Below are positions 20,415 through 30,286 of a stretch of DNA of 48,755 nucleotides, piece by piece (the first letter of the stretch is position 1; every line of letters begins with the position of its first letter). Under the pieces are notes generated by a model. The model was given only the letters and a program-made list of their open reading frames with translations. It was not told where the DNA came from and made no database searches. Source of the stretch: Armatimonadota bacterium (GTDB lineage Bacteria > Sysuimicrobiota > Sysuimicrobiia > Sysuimicrobiales > Humicultoraceae); the NCBI GenBank assembly GCA_037443365.1, contig JBBIOM010000012.1, positions 1,250-50,004 on the forward strand, in the 5' to 3' direction. The position numbers were made by a program, and so were the translations under genes.

Positions 20415-21301
20415 CGCGCTCCCCGGCCTTCGGGGCCTGCTCTCCGGTCCTGGAGCGCCCAGTGCAACGCGCGGCGCGCCAGCACCGCGCAGGCATGCCG
20501 CCGGTAGGCAGCGGTTCCGCGCACATCGTCGATCGGCCTGGCAGAGGCGGCCACACGCGCGCCGAACTCCTCGAGCACCCCCGGGGGCAGCGGCGCGAAT
20601 GCGTCGTCCCACGCGCCTGCCTCGGCCAGCTCGCGCGCGGCGAAGGCCTCGGCCTCGTGCGCGCGCAGCACCACAGGGCCCACCGATCCGAGCGCGACCC
20701 GCACGGCGCGCCGGTCCTCGTCCAGCACCAGGCAGAGACTGGCGATCGCGATCACCATGGCGCTGCGCCGTCCTACCTTGGAGAACGAGGAGGGCCCGCG
20801 CGCCACCCGCCACCGGGCACCCAGGATCAGCTCGTCGGGTGCGATCGCGGTCTTCTTGGGGCCGATCAGGAACCGGTCCCAGGGCAGCGTCCGGGTGCGC
20901 CCGCCGGATGAGGCGAGCACCACCTCGGCATCCGAGGCGGCCAGCACAGGCAGCGCATCGCCCGCCGGCGAGGCGGTGCCCAGGTTGCCTCCGAGGGTGC
21001 CCCGGTTGCGGATCTGGGGCGAGCCCACCGAGCGCGCCGCCTGCGCCAGCGCCGCGATGTCGGGCAGTTCCCTGAAGATCCGGGCGTACGTCATGCCGGC
21101 CCCGAGGAAGAGCGCGTCGCCTTCGCGGCCCCACAGCTGCAGCTCGGGCAGGCGCGAGATGTCCAGGGCGACCTCCATCCGGCGGCGTCCCAGGTTCATC
21201 TCGACCATCAGGTCGGTCCCGCCGGCAAAGGGGGTGGCCTCGGGCTGGTCGGACTTCATCCCGAGCGCCTCGTCGAGCGTGCGCGGGCGCAGCATCTCCA
21301 T
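20408..21301 (-). CDS. Xanthine dehydrogenase FAD-binding subunit (CoxM/PucC type)
   Basis: [51 protein letters not shown]. Confidence 0.93.
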   Translation of the reverse strand: MEMLRPRTLDEALGMKSDQPEATPFAGGTDLMVEMNLGRRRMEVALDISRLPELQLWGREGDALFLGAGMTYARIFRELPDIAALAQAARSVGSPQIRNRGTLGGNLGTASPAGDALPVLAASDAEVVLASSGGRTRTLPWDRFLIGPKKTAIAPDELILGARWRVARGPSSFSKVGRRSAMVIAIASLCLVLDEDRRAVRVALGSVGPVVLRAHEAEAFAARELAEAGAWDDAFAPLPPGVLEEFGARVAASARPIDDVRGTAAYRRHACAVLARRALHWALQDRRAGPEGRGARC

Positions 21302-21314
21302 CTCTCGTCAACGT

Positions 21315-21342
21315 TTCAACAGGCGGTCGGCTGCTTTCCTGC
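21315..21342 (-). promoter_or_regulatory. Putative promoter GCAGG-N20-GAA for the xdh operon
   Basis: Minus strand GCAGGAAAG...GTTGAAAC, 13 nt before ATG 21301. Confidence 0.4.
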
Positions 21343-21377
21343 CGCGGCGTGCCGCCCGTGCGCCCCGGATGCGCTGC

Positions 21378-21403
21378 GCAGGAACCGGCGACGGCCCGCA
21401 GAA
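21378..21403 (+). promoter_or_regulatory. Putative promoter GCAGG-N18-GAA for ade (probably leaderless)
   Basis: GCAGGA...GAAAT ends 10 nt before ATG 21414; no SD. Confidence 0.45.
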
Positions 21404-21413
21404 ATCCAGTCCA

Positions 21414-23135
21414 ATGGACCTCGCACGGCTCATCCAGGTCGCACGGGGCAAGGAGCCCGCCGACCTCCTGCTCGCCAACGCGCGCGTCGTAGACCTCTTC
21501 GACCACGATGTGCTCTGCGCCGACGTGGCCATCCTGGGCGAGCGGATCGCCGGGATCGCAACGGACGCGGATCGAGGGGCGTACCAGGCGCGCCAGGTCT
21601 GCGACCTGGGGGGATCGTACCTGGCCCCCGGGCTCGTTGACGCGCACGTGCACATCGAGAGCGCGATGGTGAGCGTGCCGGAGTTCGCGCGCGCGGTGGT
21701 GCCCAGGGGAACCACCACGGTGGTAGCCGATCCGCACGAGATCGCCAACGTGCTGGGCATGAGCGGCATCCGCTACATGCTCCAGGCGGCCAAGTACAAC
21801 CCCCTCAGCGTCTACCTGATGGCTCCCTCCTGCGTCCCGGCCAGCCCGATGGAGAGTTCGGGCGCCGAGCTTTCGGCCTACGACGTTGAGACGCTGATGC
21901 AGGACAAGTGGGTGCTCGGGCTGGGCGAGATGATGAACACGCCGGGCCTGCTGGGCTCTGCCGAGGAGGTGGTGGCCAAGATCCGTTCGGCCGGGCGGCG
22001 CCCGGTTGACGGGCACGCGCCGGGGATCAGGGGAATGGACCTGAACGCCGAGGCCGCCTCAGGAATCGGCTCGGACCACGAGTGCACGACCGCGGACGAG
22101 GCGCGGGAGAAGATGCAGCGGGGAATGGTCATCATGCTGCGCGAGGCCACGGCCGCGCGAAACCTGGCCGACCTGCTGCCGCTGGTTACGCCCGGGAACG
22201 CGTGGCGCTGCCTCTTCGCGACCGACGACCGCAACCCGCGACACCTGGTCTCTGAGGGGCACATCGACTCGATGGTGCGGCAGGCGATCGGGTTGGGGCT
22301 GGATCCCCTGCTGGCCCTGCAGATCGCCAGCCTGAACGCGGCCGAGTACTTCGGGCTGCGCGACCGTGGCGCGGTCGCGCCCGGAAGGCTCGCCGATCTG
22401 ATCGTCTTCGACGACCTTCGCGCGCCGCGCCCACGCCTGGTGTACCGTCACGGACGCCTGGCGGCCCAGGACGGCGAGATGCTCCCCTACCAGCGGCCCG
22501 AGAAGTTGCCCACGCTTCGCGGCTCGGTCAACGTGCTGCGCAGCAGCCTGCGCTTCGAGATACCCGCGCGCGGGCGCCGCGTGCGCGTGATCGAGGTGAT
22601 CCCTAACCAGATCACGACAGGCGCAGGCGAGGCAGAGATCACCACGAGCGGCGGCCAGGCGGTCGCCGACCCCGGCAGGGATCTGCTCAAGTTGGCCGTG
22701 ATCGAGCGGCACACCGGAAGCGGACGGATCGGCCTGGGATTCGTGCGCGGCTTCGGGTTGAGGCGCGGCGCGCTGGCCTCGACCATCGCCCACGACGCGC
22801 ACAACCTGATCGTGCTGGGCGCCTCGGACGAGGCCATGCACGCGGCGGTGGAGCGCGTGCTCGACATGCAGGGCGGGCTGGTGGTCACCGACGGCGAGGA
22901 GATGATGTCGCTGCCGCTTCCAATCGCCGGCCTCATGTCGGACGAGCCGCTCGGCAGCGTGGCCGACAGGCAGCGGACGCTGCTTGCGACCGCCCACGGC
23001 CTGGGCGTTCCGCTGGCCGATCCGTTCATGACGCTGTCGTTCATGTCGCTCTCGGTGATCCCGGCCTTGAAGCTCACCGATCGAGGGCTGCTGGACGTGA
23101 ACAGGTTCGAGCTGGTCCCCCTGTTCCTCGACTGA
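21414..23135 (+). CDS. ade: Adenine deaminase
   Basis: [79 protein letters not shown]. Confidence 0.95.
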   Translation: MDLARLIQVARGKEPADLLLANARVVDLFDHDVLCADVAILGERIAGIATDADRGAYQARQVCDLGGSYLAPGLVDAHVHIESAMVSVPEFARAVVPRGTTTVVADPHEIANVLGMSGIRYMLQAAKYNPLSVYLMAPSCVPASPMESSGAELSAYDVETLMQDKWVLGLGEMMNTPGLLGSAEEVVAKIRSAGRRPVDGHAPGIRGMDLNAEAASGIGSDHECTTADEAREKMQRGMVIMLREATAARNLADLLPLVTPGNAWRCLFATDDRNPRHLVSEGHIDSMVRQAIGLGLDPLLALQIASLNAAEYFGLRDRGAVAPGRLADLIVFDDLRAPRPRLVYRHGRLAAQDGEMLPYQRPEKLPTLRGSVNVLRSSLRFEIPARGRRVRVIEVIPNQITTGAGEAEITTSGGQAVADPGRDLLKLAVIERHTGSGRIGLGFVRGFGLRRGALASTIAHDAHNLIVLGASDEAMHAAVERVLDMQGGLVVTDGEEMMSLPLPIAGLMSDEPLGSVADRQRTLLATAHGLGVPLADPFMTLSFMSLSVIPALKLTDRGLLDVNRFELVPLFLD

Positions 23136-23857
23136 TGCCACCGCTGGCCGCCGTCATCTTCGACATCGGAGGCACGCTCATCTACCCATCCGCGGCGGCG
23201 CATGACAGCACCGCGCATCTGACCGCGTGGCTGCGGGCCACGGGCGGACCTGTGGAGCTCGGCGAGGCGGTCCGCGAAGCCCGCAACTGGATGTGGGAGA
23301 TGACCTGGGCCACCGGCCGGCAGTACACCACGGCCGAGGCGATCCGCCGGGCGGTGGCTCAGATGGGCCTTGAGACGCCTGACGATGGGTTTGTCGAGGA
23401 GGCAGAGCGCGTCTTCTTTGGCCCCGAACTGAGCGGGTACCGGGCATTCCCGGGCGCAGTGGAGATGCTTGAGCGGTTGAGCAAGGCCGGCATCAGGCTG
23501 GGAGTAATTTCGAATGCCTCTTCCCACTGGCTGATCGAGGAGATCGTCGAGCGGATGGGTTTCCGCCGGTACCTCGACCCGATCGTAACGTCCGCGGGGT
23601 TCGGACGCGTGAAACCCGACCCCGCGATCTTCCACTCCGTGCTCAACCGATGGGGCGTGGAGCCGGCGCGCGCCGCGATGGTCGGCGACACGCTGGAGGC
23701 CGACATCGGCGGCGGGCAGGCGGTGGGCATGCGCACGCTCTACGTGACCATGGCGCCCAATCCCGACAACATCAACCACAGCCACATCAGGCCCGATGCG
23801 GAGGCGGCGACGCTGGAGGAAGCGACAAGGATCCTGCTGGCCTGGCAGGGAGCCTAG
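23135..23857 (+). CDS. HAD-superfamily hydrolase
   Basis: FDIGGTL, ISNA, KPDPAIF, MVGDTLEADIGG; TGATG coupling to ade. Confidence 0.9.
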   Translation: MPPLAAVIFDIGGTLIYPSAAAHDSTAHLTAWLRATGGPVELGEAVREARNWMWEMTWATGRQYTTAEAIRRAVAQMGLETPDDGFVEEAERVFFGPELSGYRAFPGAVEMLERLSKAGIRLGVISNASSHWLIEEIVERMGFRRYLDPIVTSAGFGRVKPDPAIFHSVLNRWGVEPARAAMVGDTLEADIGGGQAVGMRTLYVTMAPNPDNINHSHIRPDAEAATLEEATRILLAWQGA

Positions 23858-23865
23858 GCCGCGGC

Positions 23866-25041
23866 CTACGCGGCGCGCAGGGCCTGATCGAAATCCGCGA
23901 TCAGGTCTTCCGCATCTTCCAACCCCACCGAGACGCGGATCAGGCCGTCGGTGATGCCGGACCGCTCCCGATCTTCCCTGGGAATCCCCACGCTGCTCGT
24001 TGAAGCGGGGTGCGTCACCAGGGTCTCGTGTCCGCCCAGGCTCACGGCCATGCTGGCGATCCGCAGGCCCTCAACCGTGCGCACGCCGGCAGAGAAGCCG
24101 CCGCGCGCCTCGAACGAGAGCATCCCACCGAACCCGCGCATCTGCCGGACGGCCAGGGCGTGGTGCGTGGACGAAGGCAGTCCCGGGTAGTGCACCCACT
24201 CCACTCGCGGGTGGTCCGCCAGGAAGGCGGCCAGGCGCGCCGCGTTGTGGTTGTGCCGCTCCATCCGCAGTCCCAGCGTGCGCAGCCCCCTCACCAGCAG
24301 CCACGCAGCGAACGGATCGAGCACCGGGCCCAGCGTCCGGAGCATGCGCGTGGCCCGCTTGATCAGGTCGCGCCGGCCCACGATCACCCCGGCGGTCACA
24401 TCGTGGTGGCCGCCCAGGTATTTGGTCGCGCTGTGCACGACCAGGTCCACGCCCAGGGCAAGCGGCATCTGGTTGAACGGCGACGCGAACGTGTTGTCGG
24501 CGATGACAACAGCGCCGATGCGTCGCGCCAGGGACACCACGGCCGCGATGTCGGTGACCTGCATGAGGGGGTTGTTGGGAGTCTCGATGTAGAGCAGCCG
24601 GGTGTTGGGGCGGAGGGCCTGCTCGTACGCCAGGGTGTCAACGGAGTCAACAAACGTCGCCTCGACCCCGTGGCCTGGCATCACGTCGCGCAGCAGCGTG
24701 AACGTGGCCTGGTACACGGCGCGCGGGCAGACGACGTGCATGCCGGGGGCAAGCACCGCCAGCACCGCCGTGGAGATCGCGCCCATGCCCGAGGATGCGG
24801 CCAGCGCGTCCTCGCCGCCTTCGAGCTCGGCCATGATCTCCTCGAAGAGGCGCGTCGTGGGATTGCCCCAGCGCGTGTAGTACCAGCCGCTGCCCTCATC
24901 TGCCCCCAGCCGGGCGCCCTCGTCCACCGAGTCGAACTGGAAGGTCGTGGTCTGGTAGATCGGAGGGCTCACCGCCTTGAGCGGATCGCGCACGGCTCCG
25001 CCGTGTATGGCACGCGTCTGAAAGCCCAAGGGTCCACTCAT
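23866..25041 (-). CDS. Cys/Met-metabolism PLP enzyme (cystathionine gamma-synthase/methionine gamma-lyase family)
   Basis: PPIYQTTTF, YTRWGNPT, SSGMGAI, ETPNNP, DNTFASP, HSATKYLGGH, SLGGHETL, IRVSVGLE. Confidence 0.92.
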   Translation of the reverse strand: MSGPLGFQTRAIHGGAVRDPLKAVSPPIYQTTTFQFDSVDEGARLGADEGSGWYYTRWGNPTTRLFEEIMAELEGGEDALAASSGMGAISTAVLAVLAPGMHVVCPRAVYQATFTLLRDVMPGHGVEATFVDSVDTLAYEQALRPNTRLLYIETPNNPLMQVTDIAAVVSLARRIGAVVIADNTFASPFNQMPLALGVDLVVHSATKYLGGHHDVTAGVIVGRRDLIKRATRMLRTLGPVLDPFAAWLLVRGLRTLGLRMERHNHNAARLAAFLADHPRVEWVHYPGLPSSTHHALAVRQMRGFGGMLSFEARGGFSAGVRTVEGLRIASMAVSLGGHETLVTHPASTSSVGIPREDRERSGITDGLIRVSVGLEDAEDLIADFDQALRAA

Positions 25042-25955
25042 CGCCTGACCTCCACCGGGATCTCCGCCCGGTCCTGATTGATCTCAGCCATCACGATTCC
25101 AACGAAGATCAGTGCCGCGCCCCAGGCCTGGCGGCCGGCCAGGACCTCGCCCAGGATGAAGAAGGCCGCGATCGCCGCGGCAACCGGCTCGAAGGTGAAC
25201 ATCAACCCGGTGTGCGCCGGGCTGGTGAAGCGCTGGGCCCATGCCTGGATCAGCAAGGCCGCAAGCGTGCCGGTGACGACCATGAAGAGGATCATGCCCC
25301 ACACCCGGGGAGTCGCGGCGGCCACCCCGGGCAGCGATCCCTCCGCCAGCGCGGCGATTGCGCTCAGCGCGGCCGCCACCACGACCTGCGCCGCGGTCAG
25401 CGTGATCGCGTCGAGCACCGGCGCCAGGCGACCCATGATGACGATGTGCATCGCGAAGCAGACCGCGCACGCCAGCACCAGCAGGTCACCGAGATTGACG
25501 CCGACCGCGCCGTTCAGGGTCAGCAGGGCGAGCCCCACCGTGGCCGTAGCGATGCCCGCGGTCACGCGCTGGTGCGGCACCCTGCGCATCCATGCAGCCG
25601 AGATCACCGGCACCATCGCCACCGACAGCCCGGTGATGAAGCCGGCCTTCGACGCCGTGGTCATGCGCAGCCCTATCGTCTGGAGGGCGAACCCAAGGAA
25701 CAGCACGGCGCCCAGCAACGCCGCCGAACCCAGGTCACGCCGGGTTGTGCGCCCCGAGCGCATCAACACCGCGGGCACGAGCACCGCGGCGGCAATCGAG
25801 AACCGCACCGTCATGTACGCGAACGGTGTGAGCGTCTCCAGCACTATCTTGCCGAACGGGAATGTCACGCCCCAGGCCGCCGCGACGCCCAGCAGCGCAA
25901 GGTCGGCGGCGAGCCGGCGCGGAGAGTACACCCCAGCGGCATCCGTGGCGTTCAT
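25038..25955 (-). CDS. DMT/EamA-family transporter
   Basis: WGVTFP, FALQTIGL..TTASKAGFITGL, GDLLVL, QAWAQR, FTFEPV; about 10 TM; start MNATD at 25955. Confidence 0.9.
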   Translation of the reverse strand: MNATDAAGVYSPRRLAADLALLGVAAAWGVTFPFGKIVLETLTPFAYMTVRFSIAAAVLVPAVLMRSGRTTRRDLGSAALLGAVLFLGFALQTIGLRMTTASKAGFITGLSVAMVPVISAAWMRRVPHQRVTAGIATATVGLALLTLNGAVGVNLGDLLVLACAVCFAMHIVIMGRLAPVLDAITLTAAQVVVAAALSAIAALAEGSLPGVAAATPRVWGMILFMVVTGTLAALLIQAWAQRFTSPAHTGLMFTFEPVAAAIAAFFILGEVLAGRQAWGAALIFVGIVMAEINQDRAEIPVEVRR

Positions 25956-25964
25956 AACCCCTAC

Positions 25965-25970
25965 ATCATA
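25965..25970 (-). promoter_or_regulatory. Putative sigma70-type -10 box (TATGAT) for the EamA/trans-sulfuration unit
   Basis: TATGAT 9 nt upstream of ATG 25955; weak -35. Confidence 0.35.
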
Positions 25971-26006
25971 GGAAACACGCAGCCGGAATGCCAGTTGCAC
26001 TCCGCG

Positions 26007-26033
26007 GCAGGCATCGCGGCTCCCCTGATGGAA
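26007..26033 (+). promoter_or_regulatory. Putative promoter GCAGG-N19-GAA
   Basis: Recurrent motif, 16 nt before ATG 26050. Confidence 0.35.
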
Positions 26034-26049
26034 GCAATCCACGTCGTCG

Positions 26050-27846
26050 ATGACCCACGAAGCCTGGATCGTGCTCGGTATCCTGGCCGCGGCCCTGGTG
26101 GCCTTTGCCTGGGGACGCCTGCGGCCCGAGATAGTCTCCATGCTGGTCGTCCTGGCCCTGGGCACATCAGGGGTTCTCTCTCCCGCAGCGGTGTTCGCCG
26201 GATTCGGCGACCCGGTGGTTGTTACCATTGCATGTCTCCTGATCGTCAGCGCGGCGCTCGAGCGCACGGGCGTGGCGGCGCTGGCCGCGCGCCTGCTCCT
26301 GCGCGCCGCAGGACCGCGTGAGGTGTGGCTCGTCGTGGCGTTGATGGCAGTCGCCGGCGCGCTGTCGGGGTTTGTCAACCTGGTGGGCGCCACGGCGATG
26401 CTCCTGCCGGTGGCGCTCGCGGTCTGCCGCCAGACCGGGATAAGCCCCTCCCGGCTCCTTATGCCGCTGTCGATCGCCACCCGGCAGGGAGGCTCGCTTA
26501 CGCTCATAGGCAAGGCCTCGAACCTGATCGTCAGCGGGCTGCTCGTGCAGGCGGGATTTGCACCGCTGGGGTTCTTCGCGTTCTTTCCGATCGGTTTCGC
26601 GATGCTGGCCGTGGCCGTCGTCTTTGCGGCCACGCTGGGACGCCGGCTCCTCCCGACGCGGACCCCCGCCGGGGCGATACCGCCCGCGGGTCCCCGCCGG
26701 GATCTGCTGGAGACCTACCGGCTCCCCGAGCGTCTCTTCCGGATCCGCGTCGAGCGCGGCGACGCGCTCGAGGGCAAGACCATCGCGGCGGCCTCGCTGG
26801 GCGCGGAGTTCGGGATGACCGTGCTGGCCATCACGCGCGGCGCCAGCACAATCTGGGCGCCCGCTCCGGACGAGCCGCTGCTGCCCGGAGACGCTGTGCT
26901 GGCCGGCGCGCGCCCCGAGGAGGTGGAGCGCCTCGGCAGCCTCGGGCCGCTGGCCGTTGAGCCCGAACCCGCCCAGGAACGCGGCGCGCTGGAGAACGAT
27001 GTCGTGGGGCTCGCCGAGGTGGTTGTTTCCCCGCGCTCCGACCTGGCCGGCAAGAGCCTGCGGGAAATTGAGTTCCGCCAGAGGTACGGGCTGAACGTCC
27101 TGGCCGTGTGGCACGCCGGGGCGCCGCGCCGGACCTGGCTGGCAGACCTGGAGCTCCACCACGGCGACGCCCTGCTGCTCCAGGGGCCGCACGAGCGGCT
27201 CAGGTTGCTGGAGCAGGACCCGGACCTGGTGCCCCTCGACGCGTCGCCGCCGCTCCGCACCGCGCAGGTTCCCTACGCTCTCGGCGCGCTGGGCGTGGTG
27301 ATCCTCTCCGGGGCCACGGGCGTGCTGCACGTGAGTCTGGCCGCGCTGCTGGCCGCTGGGATCGTGGTGATCGGGGGATGCGTGAAGGCCACCGAGGCGC
27401 CCCGCGTGGTGGACTGGCCCACGATAGTGGTGGTCGGAAGCCTTCTTCCGCTGGGAGCCGCGCTGCATGAGACCGGCGCCGCCGCGGCGGTTGCGGGCGC
27501 GGTGCTACCGCTGGCCGGGGATTCGCCGCTGGCGGTCCTTGTGGGAATCTGCCTGGCCACGTTCCTCGTCGGGCAGTTCGTGCCCGCTATTCCCACCACG
27601 ATCCTGATGGCGCCGATCGCACTGGGCGCCGCGGTGAGGCTGGGCCTGAACCCTGCGCCCTACGTGATCACCGTCGCGACGGCGACCTCGCTGACGCTGC
27701 TCACGCCGATCAGCCACCCGGCCAGCATGATGGTGATGACCCCCGGGGGATACCGGTTCAGCGACTACGCGCGGGTCGGCGCGCCGCTGGCGCTGCTGCT
27801 GGGCGTGACGCTGCTCCTGGTCGTCGTGGTGGTGTGGCGGTTCTAG
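26050..27846 (+). CDS. SLC13/CitMHS-type anion permease with two TrkA-C domains
   Basis: FAGFGDP, SPSRLLMPLS, two RCK_C repeats (GKTIAAASL, GKSLREIEFR..YGLNVLAV), TPISHP..MVMTPGGYRFSDY. Confidence 0.9.
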   Translation: MTHEAWIVLGILAAALVAFAWGRLRPEIVSMLVVLALGTSGVLSPAAVFAGFGDPVVVTIACLLIVSAALERTGVAALAARLLLRAAGPREVWLVVALMAVAGALSGFVNLVGATAMLLPVALAVCRQTGISPSRLLMPLSIATRQGGSLTLIGKASNLIVSGLLVQAGFAPLGFFAFFPIGFAMLAVAVVFAATLGRRLLPTRTPAGAIPPAGPRRDLLETYRLPERLFRIRVERGDALEGKTIAAASLGAEFGMTVLAITRGASTIWAPAPDEPLLPGDAVLAGARPEEVERLGSLGPLAVEPEPAQERGALENDVVGLAEVVVSPRSDLAGKSLREIEFRQRYGLNVLAVWHAGAPRRTWLADLELHHGDALLLQGPHERLRLLEQDPDLVPLDASPPLRTAQVPYALGALGVVILSGATGVLHVSLAALLAAGIVVIGGCVKATEAPRVVDWPTIVVVGSLLPLGAALHETGAAAAVAGAVLPLAGDSPLAVLVGICLATFLVGQFVPAIPTTILMAPIALGAAVRLGLNPAPYVITVATATSLTLLTPISHPASMMVMTPGGYRFSDYARVGAPLALLLGVTLLLVVVVVWRF

Positions 27847-27884
27847 AGGGCTGCACCGTGGCTCTAGAGAAGAACGAAGCGCGC

Positions 27885-28778
27885 ATGCGGTTGGGAGCGC
27901 ACACGTCCATAAGCGGATCGCTGGACCTGGCCGTTGACCGTGCGGTGGCCATCGGCTGCGACTGCCTGCAGATCTTCTACGGGTCGCCGCGGCAGTGGCG
28001 GAATGTCGTCTATCCCAACGAGGTGCTCGACCGGTTCATCCGCAAGCGCCGCGCCGCCGGCCTCGACCCGCTGGTGGCGCACGCCGCCTACCTGGTGAAC
28101 CCGGGTACGCCGGACCGCGATCTCCGCCGCCGGTCCGTTGGCTCGCTGCTCTTCACGCTGCGCGGGCTCGAGCGGCTGGAGGGCCTGGGCGTGATCACGC
28201 ACCTGGGCAGCCGCATGCAGTCTCCAAGGGGCGCGGCGCTGCGCCGCGTTGCCGCCGCTGTGCGGCACATCCTCGATGCCTCAGAGCACGCCATGGTGCT
28301 CCTCGAGAACAGCGCAGGACCTGGCGGCACGCTGGGCGCCACGTTCGAGGACCTGGCCGCGGTGCTGGACGCGGTTGGAGGCGATCCTCGGGTCGGCGTG
28401 TGCCTCGACACGGCGCACCTGTTCGCCTCGGGCTGGGACCTGCGGGATGCCCAGGGCGTCGCACAGATGATCGCCGAGGCCAACCGGGCCGTCGGCTGGG
28501 ATCGTGTGCGCGTGCTGCACCTGAACGACTCGAAGGAGGGCCTGGGCTCGCATCGCGATCGCCACGCCAACATCGGCGAGGGCCTGATCGGATCAGGGGG
28601 GTTTCGCGCGCTGCTGGCGCACCCGCGCATCCGCGCCCTGCCAGGCATCATCGAGACCCCTGGATTCGACAGGAAGGGGCCCGATGCCAGGAACCTGGCG
28701 CGCCTCAGGCGCCTGGCCGGCGTCGGGCGGGCTGCAACCCGAAAGGAGATCAGAGATGCCAGACGACCGGTTAGTTGA
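27885..28778 (+). CDS. nfo: Endonuclease IV (AP endonuclease family 2)
   Basis: LGAHTSISG, QIF..SPRQW, HAAYLVN, THLGS, LENSAG, CLDTAH, HLNDS, DRHANIGEG, IETP. Confidence 0.92.
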   Translation: MRLGAHTSISGSLDLAVDRAVAIGCDCLQIFYGSPRQWRNVVYPNEVLDRFIRKRRAAGLDPLVAHAAYLVNPGTPDRDLRRRSVGSLLFTLRGLERLEGLGVITHLGSRMQSPRGAALRRVAAAVRHILDASEHAMVLLENSAGPGGTLGATFEDLAAVLDAVGGDPRVGVCLDTAHLFASGWDLRDAQGVAQMIAEANRAVGWDRVRVLHLNDSKEGLGSHRDRHANIGEGLIGSGGFRALLAHPRIRALPGIIETPGFDRKGPDARNLARLRRLAGVGRAATRKEIRDARRPVS

Positions 28779-29592
28779 GGTGCTGGGCGCGCGCGTCCGT
28801 TACCGCGTCGAGGGCAGCGGTCCGCCCGCCGTCCTGATCCACGGCATCGGGGCCTCGCTGGAGTTCTGGCAGTGGACAACTCCGGCGCTGCGCAACCGGT
28901 ACACCACGATCGCGCTCGACTTCCCAGGGTTCGGGCTGTCCGATCCGATCGCCACCGCCCTGACACCCGAGGGCGCGGCCGCCGCCACATTGGCGTTCAT
29001 GGACGCCGTGGGAGTCCAGAAGGCGGTGATCATCGGATCGTCGCTGGGCGGCGCGATCGCGGTTCTGGCCGCGGGGACCGCGCCCGAGCGCACCGCGGCG
29101 CTCGTGGTGGCGGCGCCGGCAGGGTTCGGAACAGGCCTGAGCGCGACGCTGCGCCTGATGACGGTGCGCGGGGTGGGCGAGGGCTTCCTTGCGCTCACCC
29201 GCCGCTTCCCGCGCCTCGGGCTGCGCGAGGCCTTCGCCGACCAGCGTCGCATCCCAGAGGAGCTCGTCCTGGTCACCCGGCGCAACGCCAGCCGCAGCGT
29301 GGCGGGCGACACTTTCCTGAAGACGCTCCGGGCATCGGTTGGGCTTCGGGGCCTGCGCCCGGAGAGGGTGGAGCAGGTCAGATCGGTCGCGGCGCGCATC
29401 ACCGCGCCCACCCTGGTCGTCTGGGGTACAGGCGACCGCGTCATCCCGCCCGACCAGGCCGAGGTCGCGGGCCGGACGATCCCCGGCGCCCGCACGCACA
29501 TCATGCGCGGGCTGGGGCACGTCCCGTTCGTCGAGGATTCGAGCGCGTTCAACGCGGCCATGACCGCGTTCCTGGAGGAAGCAGGGCGGTGA
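28756..29592 (+). CDS. Alpha/beta-fold hydrolase
   Basis: LIHGIG, DFPGFGLS, GSSLGG nucleophile elbow, WGTGDRVIP, GHVPFVE; SD AAGGAG. Confidence 0.9.
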   Translation: MPDDRLVEVLGARVRYRVEGSGPPAVLIHGIGASLEFWQWTTPALRNRYTTIALDFPGFGLSDPIATALTPEGAAAATLAFMDAVGVQKAVIIGSSLGGAIAVLAAGTAPERTAALVVAAPAGFGTGLSATLRLMTVRGVGEGFLALTRRFPRLGLREAFADQRRIPEELVLVTRRNASRSVAGDTFLKTLRASVGLRGLRPERVEQVRSVAARITAPTLVVWGTGDRVIPPDQAEVAGRTIPGARTHIMRGLGHVPFVEDSSAFNAAMTAFLEEAGR

Positions 29593-29831
29593 GCGCGATT
29601 CCCTGCGCACATCACCCCGACCGCCTGGCGCTGGCCTACTGCTCAGGGTGCGGGAAGGCGCTGTGCGGGATCTGCGTGGTGCGCCTGAGTGCGGGCAACT
29701 ACTGCGCCGCCTGCGCCGAGACGCCCGACCTCCGGCCCAGGCGGGCGCGCGGCCGGGGTGGCCGGTGGTGGCTCTGGGCCGCGATCGCGGCGCTGGGCCT
29801 CGCCGCCTATGCGTTCTTGCGATTCCTGTAG
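29589..29831 (+). CDS. Small B-box-type zinc-finger membrane protein (80 aa)
   Basis: CAHHP...CSGCGKALCGIC...YCAAC plus C-terminal hydrophobic helix; GTGA overlap with upstream stop. Confidence 0.75.
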   Translation: MSAIPCAHHPDRLALAYCSGCGKALCGICVVRLSAGNYCAACAETPDLRPRRARGRGGRWWLWAAIAALGLAAYAFLRFL

Positions 29832-29847
29832 GCAAAAGGAGAGAGCC

Positions 29848-30267
29848 GTGTTCACGAGGATTCTCTACCCAACGGATGGATCGGATCATGCGCGCAAGGC
29901 GCTGCACATCGCCGCCGGCTTGGCCCGCCGGTGCGACGCACCGGTGGTTGTGATGACGGCCTTCGAACCGCTGCCCAGGGACCTGGGGTCGCCCTACCTG
30001 GAGGAGCTCATGACGACGCGCCTGACCGCGGGCGAGGCGCTCGTCCGGGAGGCGTCGGCGGTCTTGGAGAAGGAGGGCGTCGCGTTCGAGGAGGAGGTGC
30101 TGGAAGGGCCCGCGGCCACGGCCATCCTGGACGTGGCACAGACCCGCGGCTGCGACCTGATCGTGATGGGATCACGCGGGCTGGGCAGGGTGGGCGTGGC
30201 GCTGCTGGGCTCGGTCAGCACGCGTGTGATCCAGGAGGCGCATTGTCCCGTACTCGTCGTTCGGTAA
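29848..30267 (+). CDS. Universal stress protein (UspA family)
   Basis: ILYPTDGSDHA, DLIVMGSRGLG, LLGSVS..V...AHCPVLVVR; GTG start with SD AAGGAG. Confidence 0.93.
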   Translation: MFTRILYPTDGSDHARKALHIAAGLARRCDAPVVVMTAFEPLPRDLGSPYLEELMTTRLTAGEALVREASAVLEKEGVAFEEEVLEGPAATAILDVAQTRGCDLIVMGSRGLGRVGVALLGSVSTRVIQEAHCPVLVVR

Positions 30268-30286
30268 TGGCATACGAGAAGGAGGC

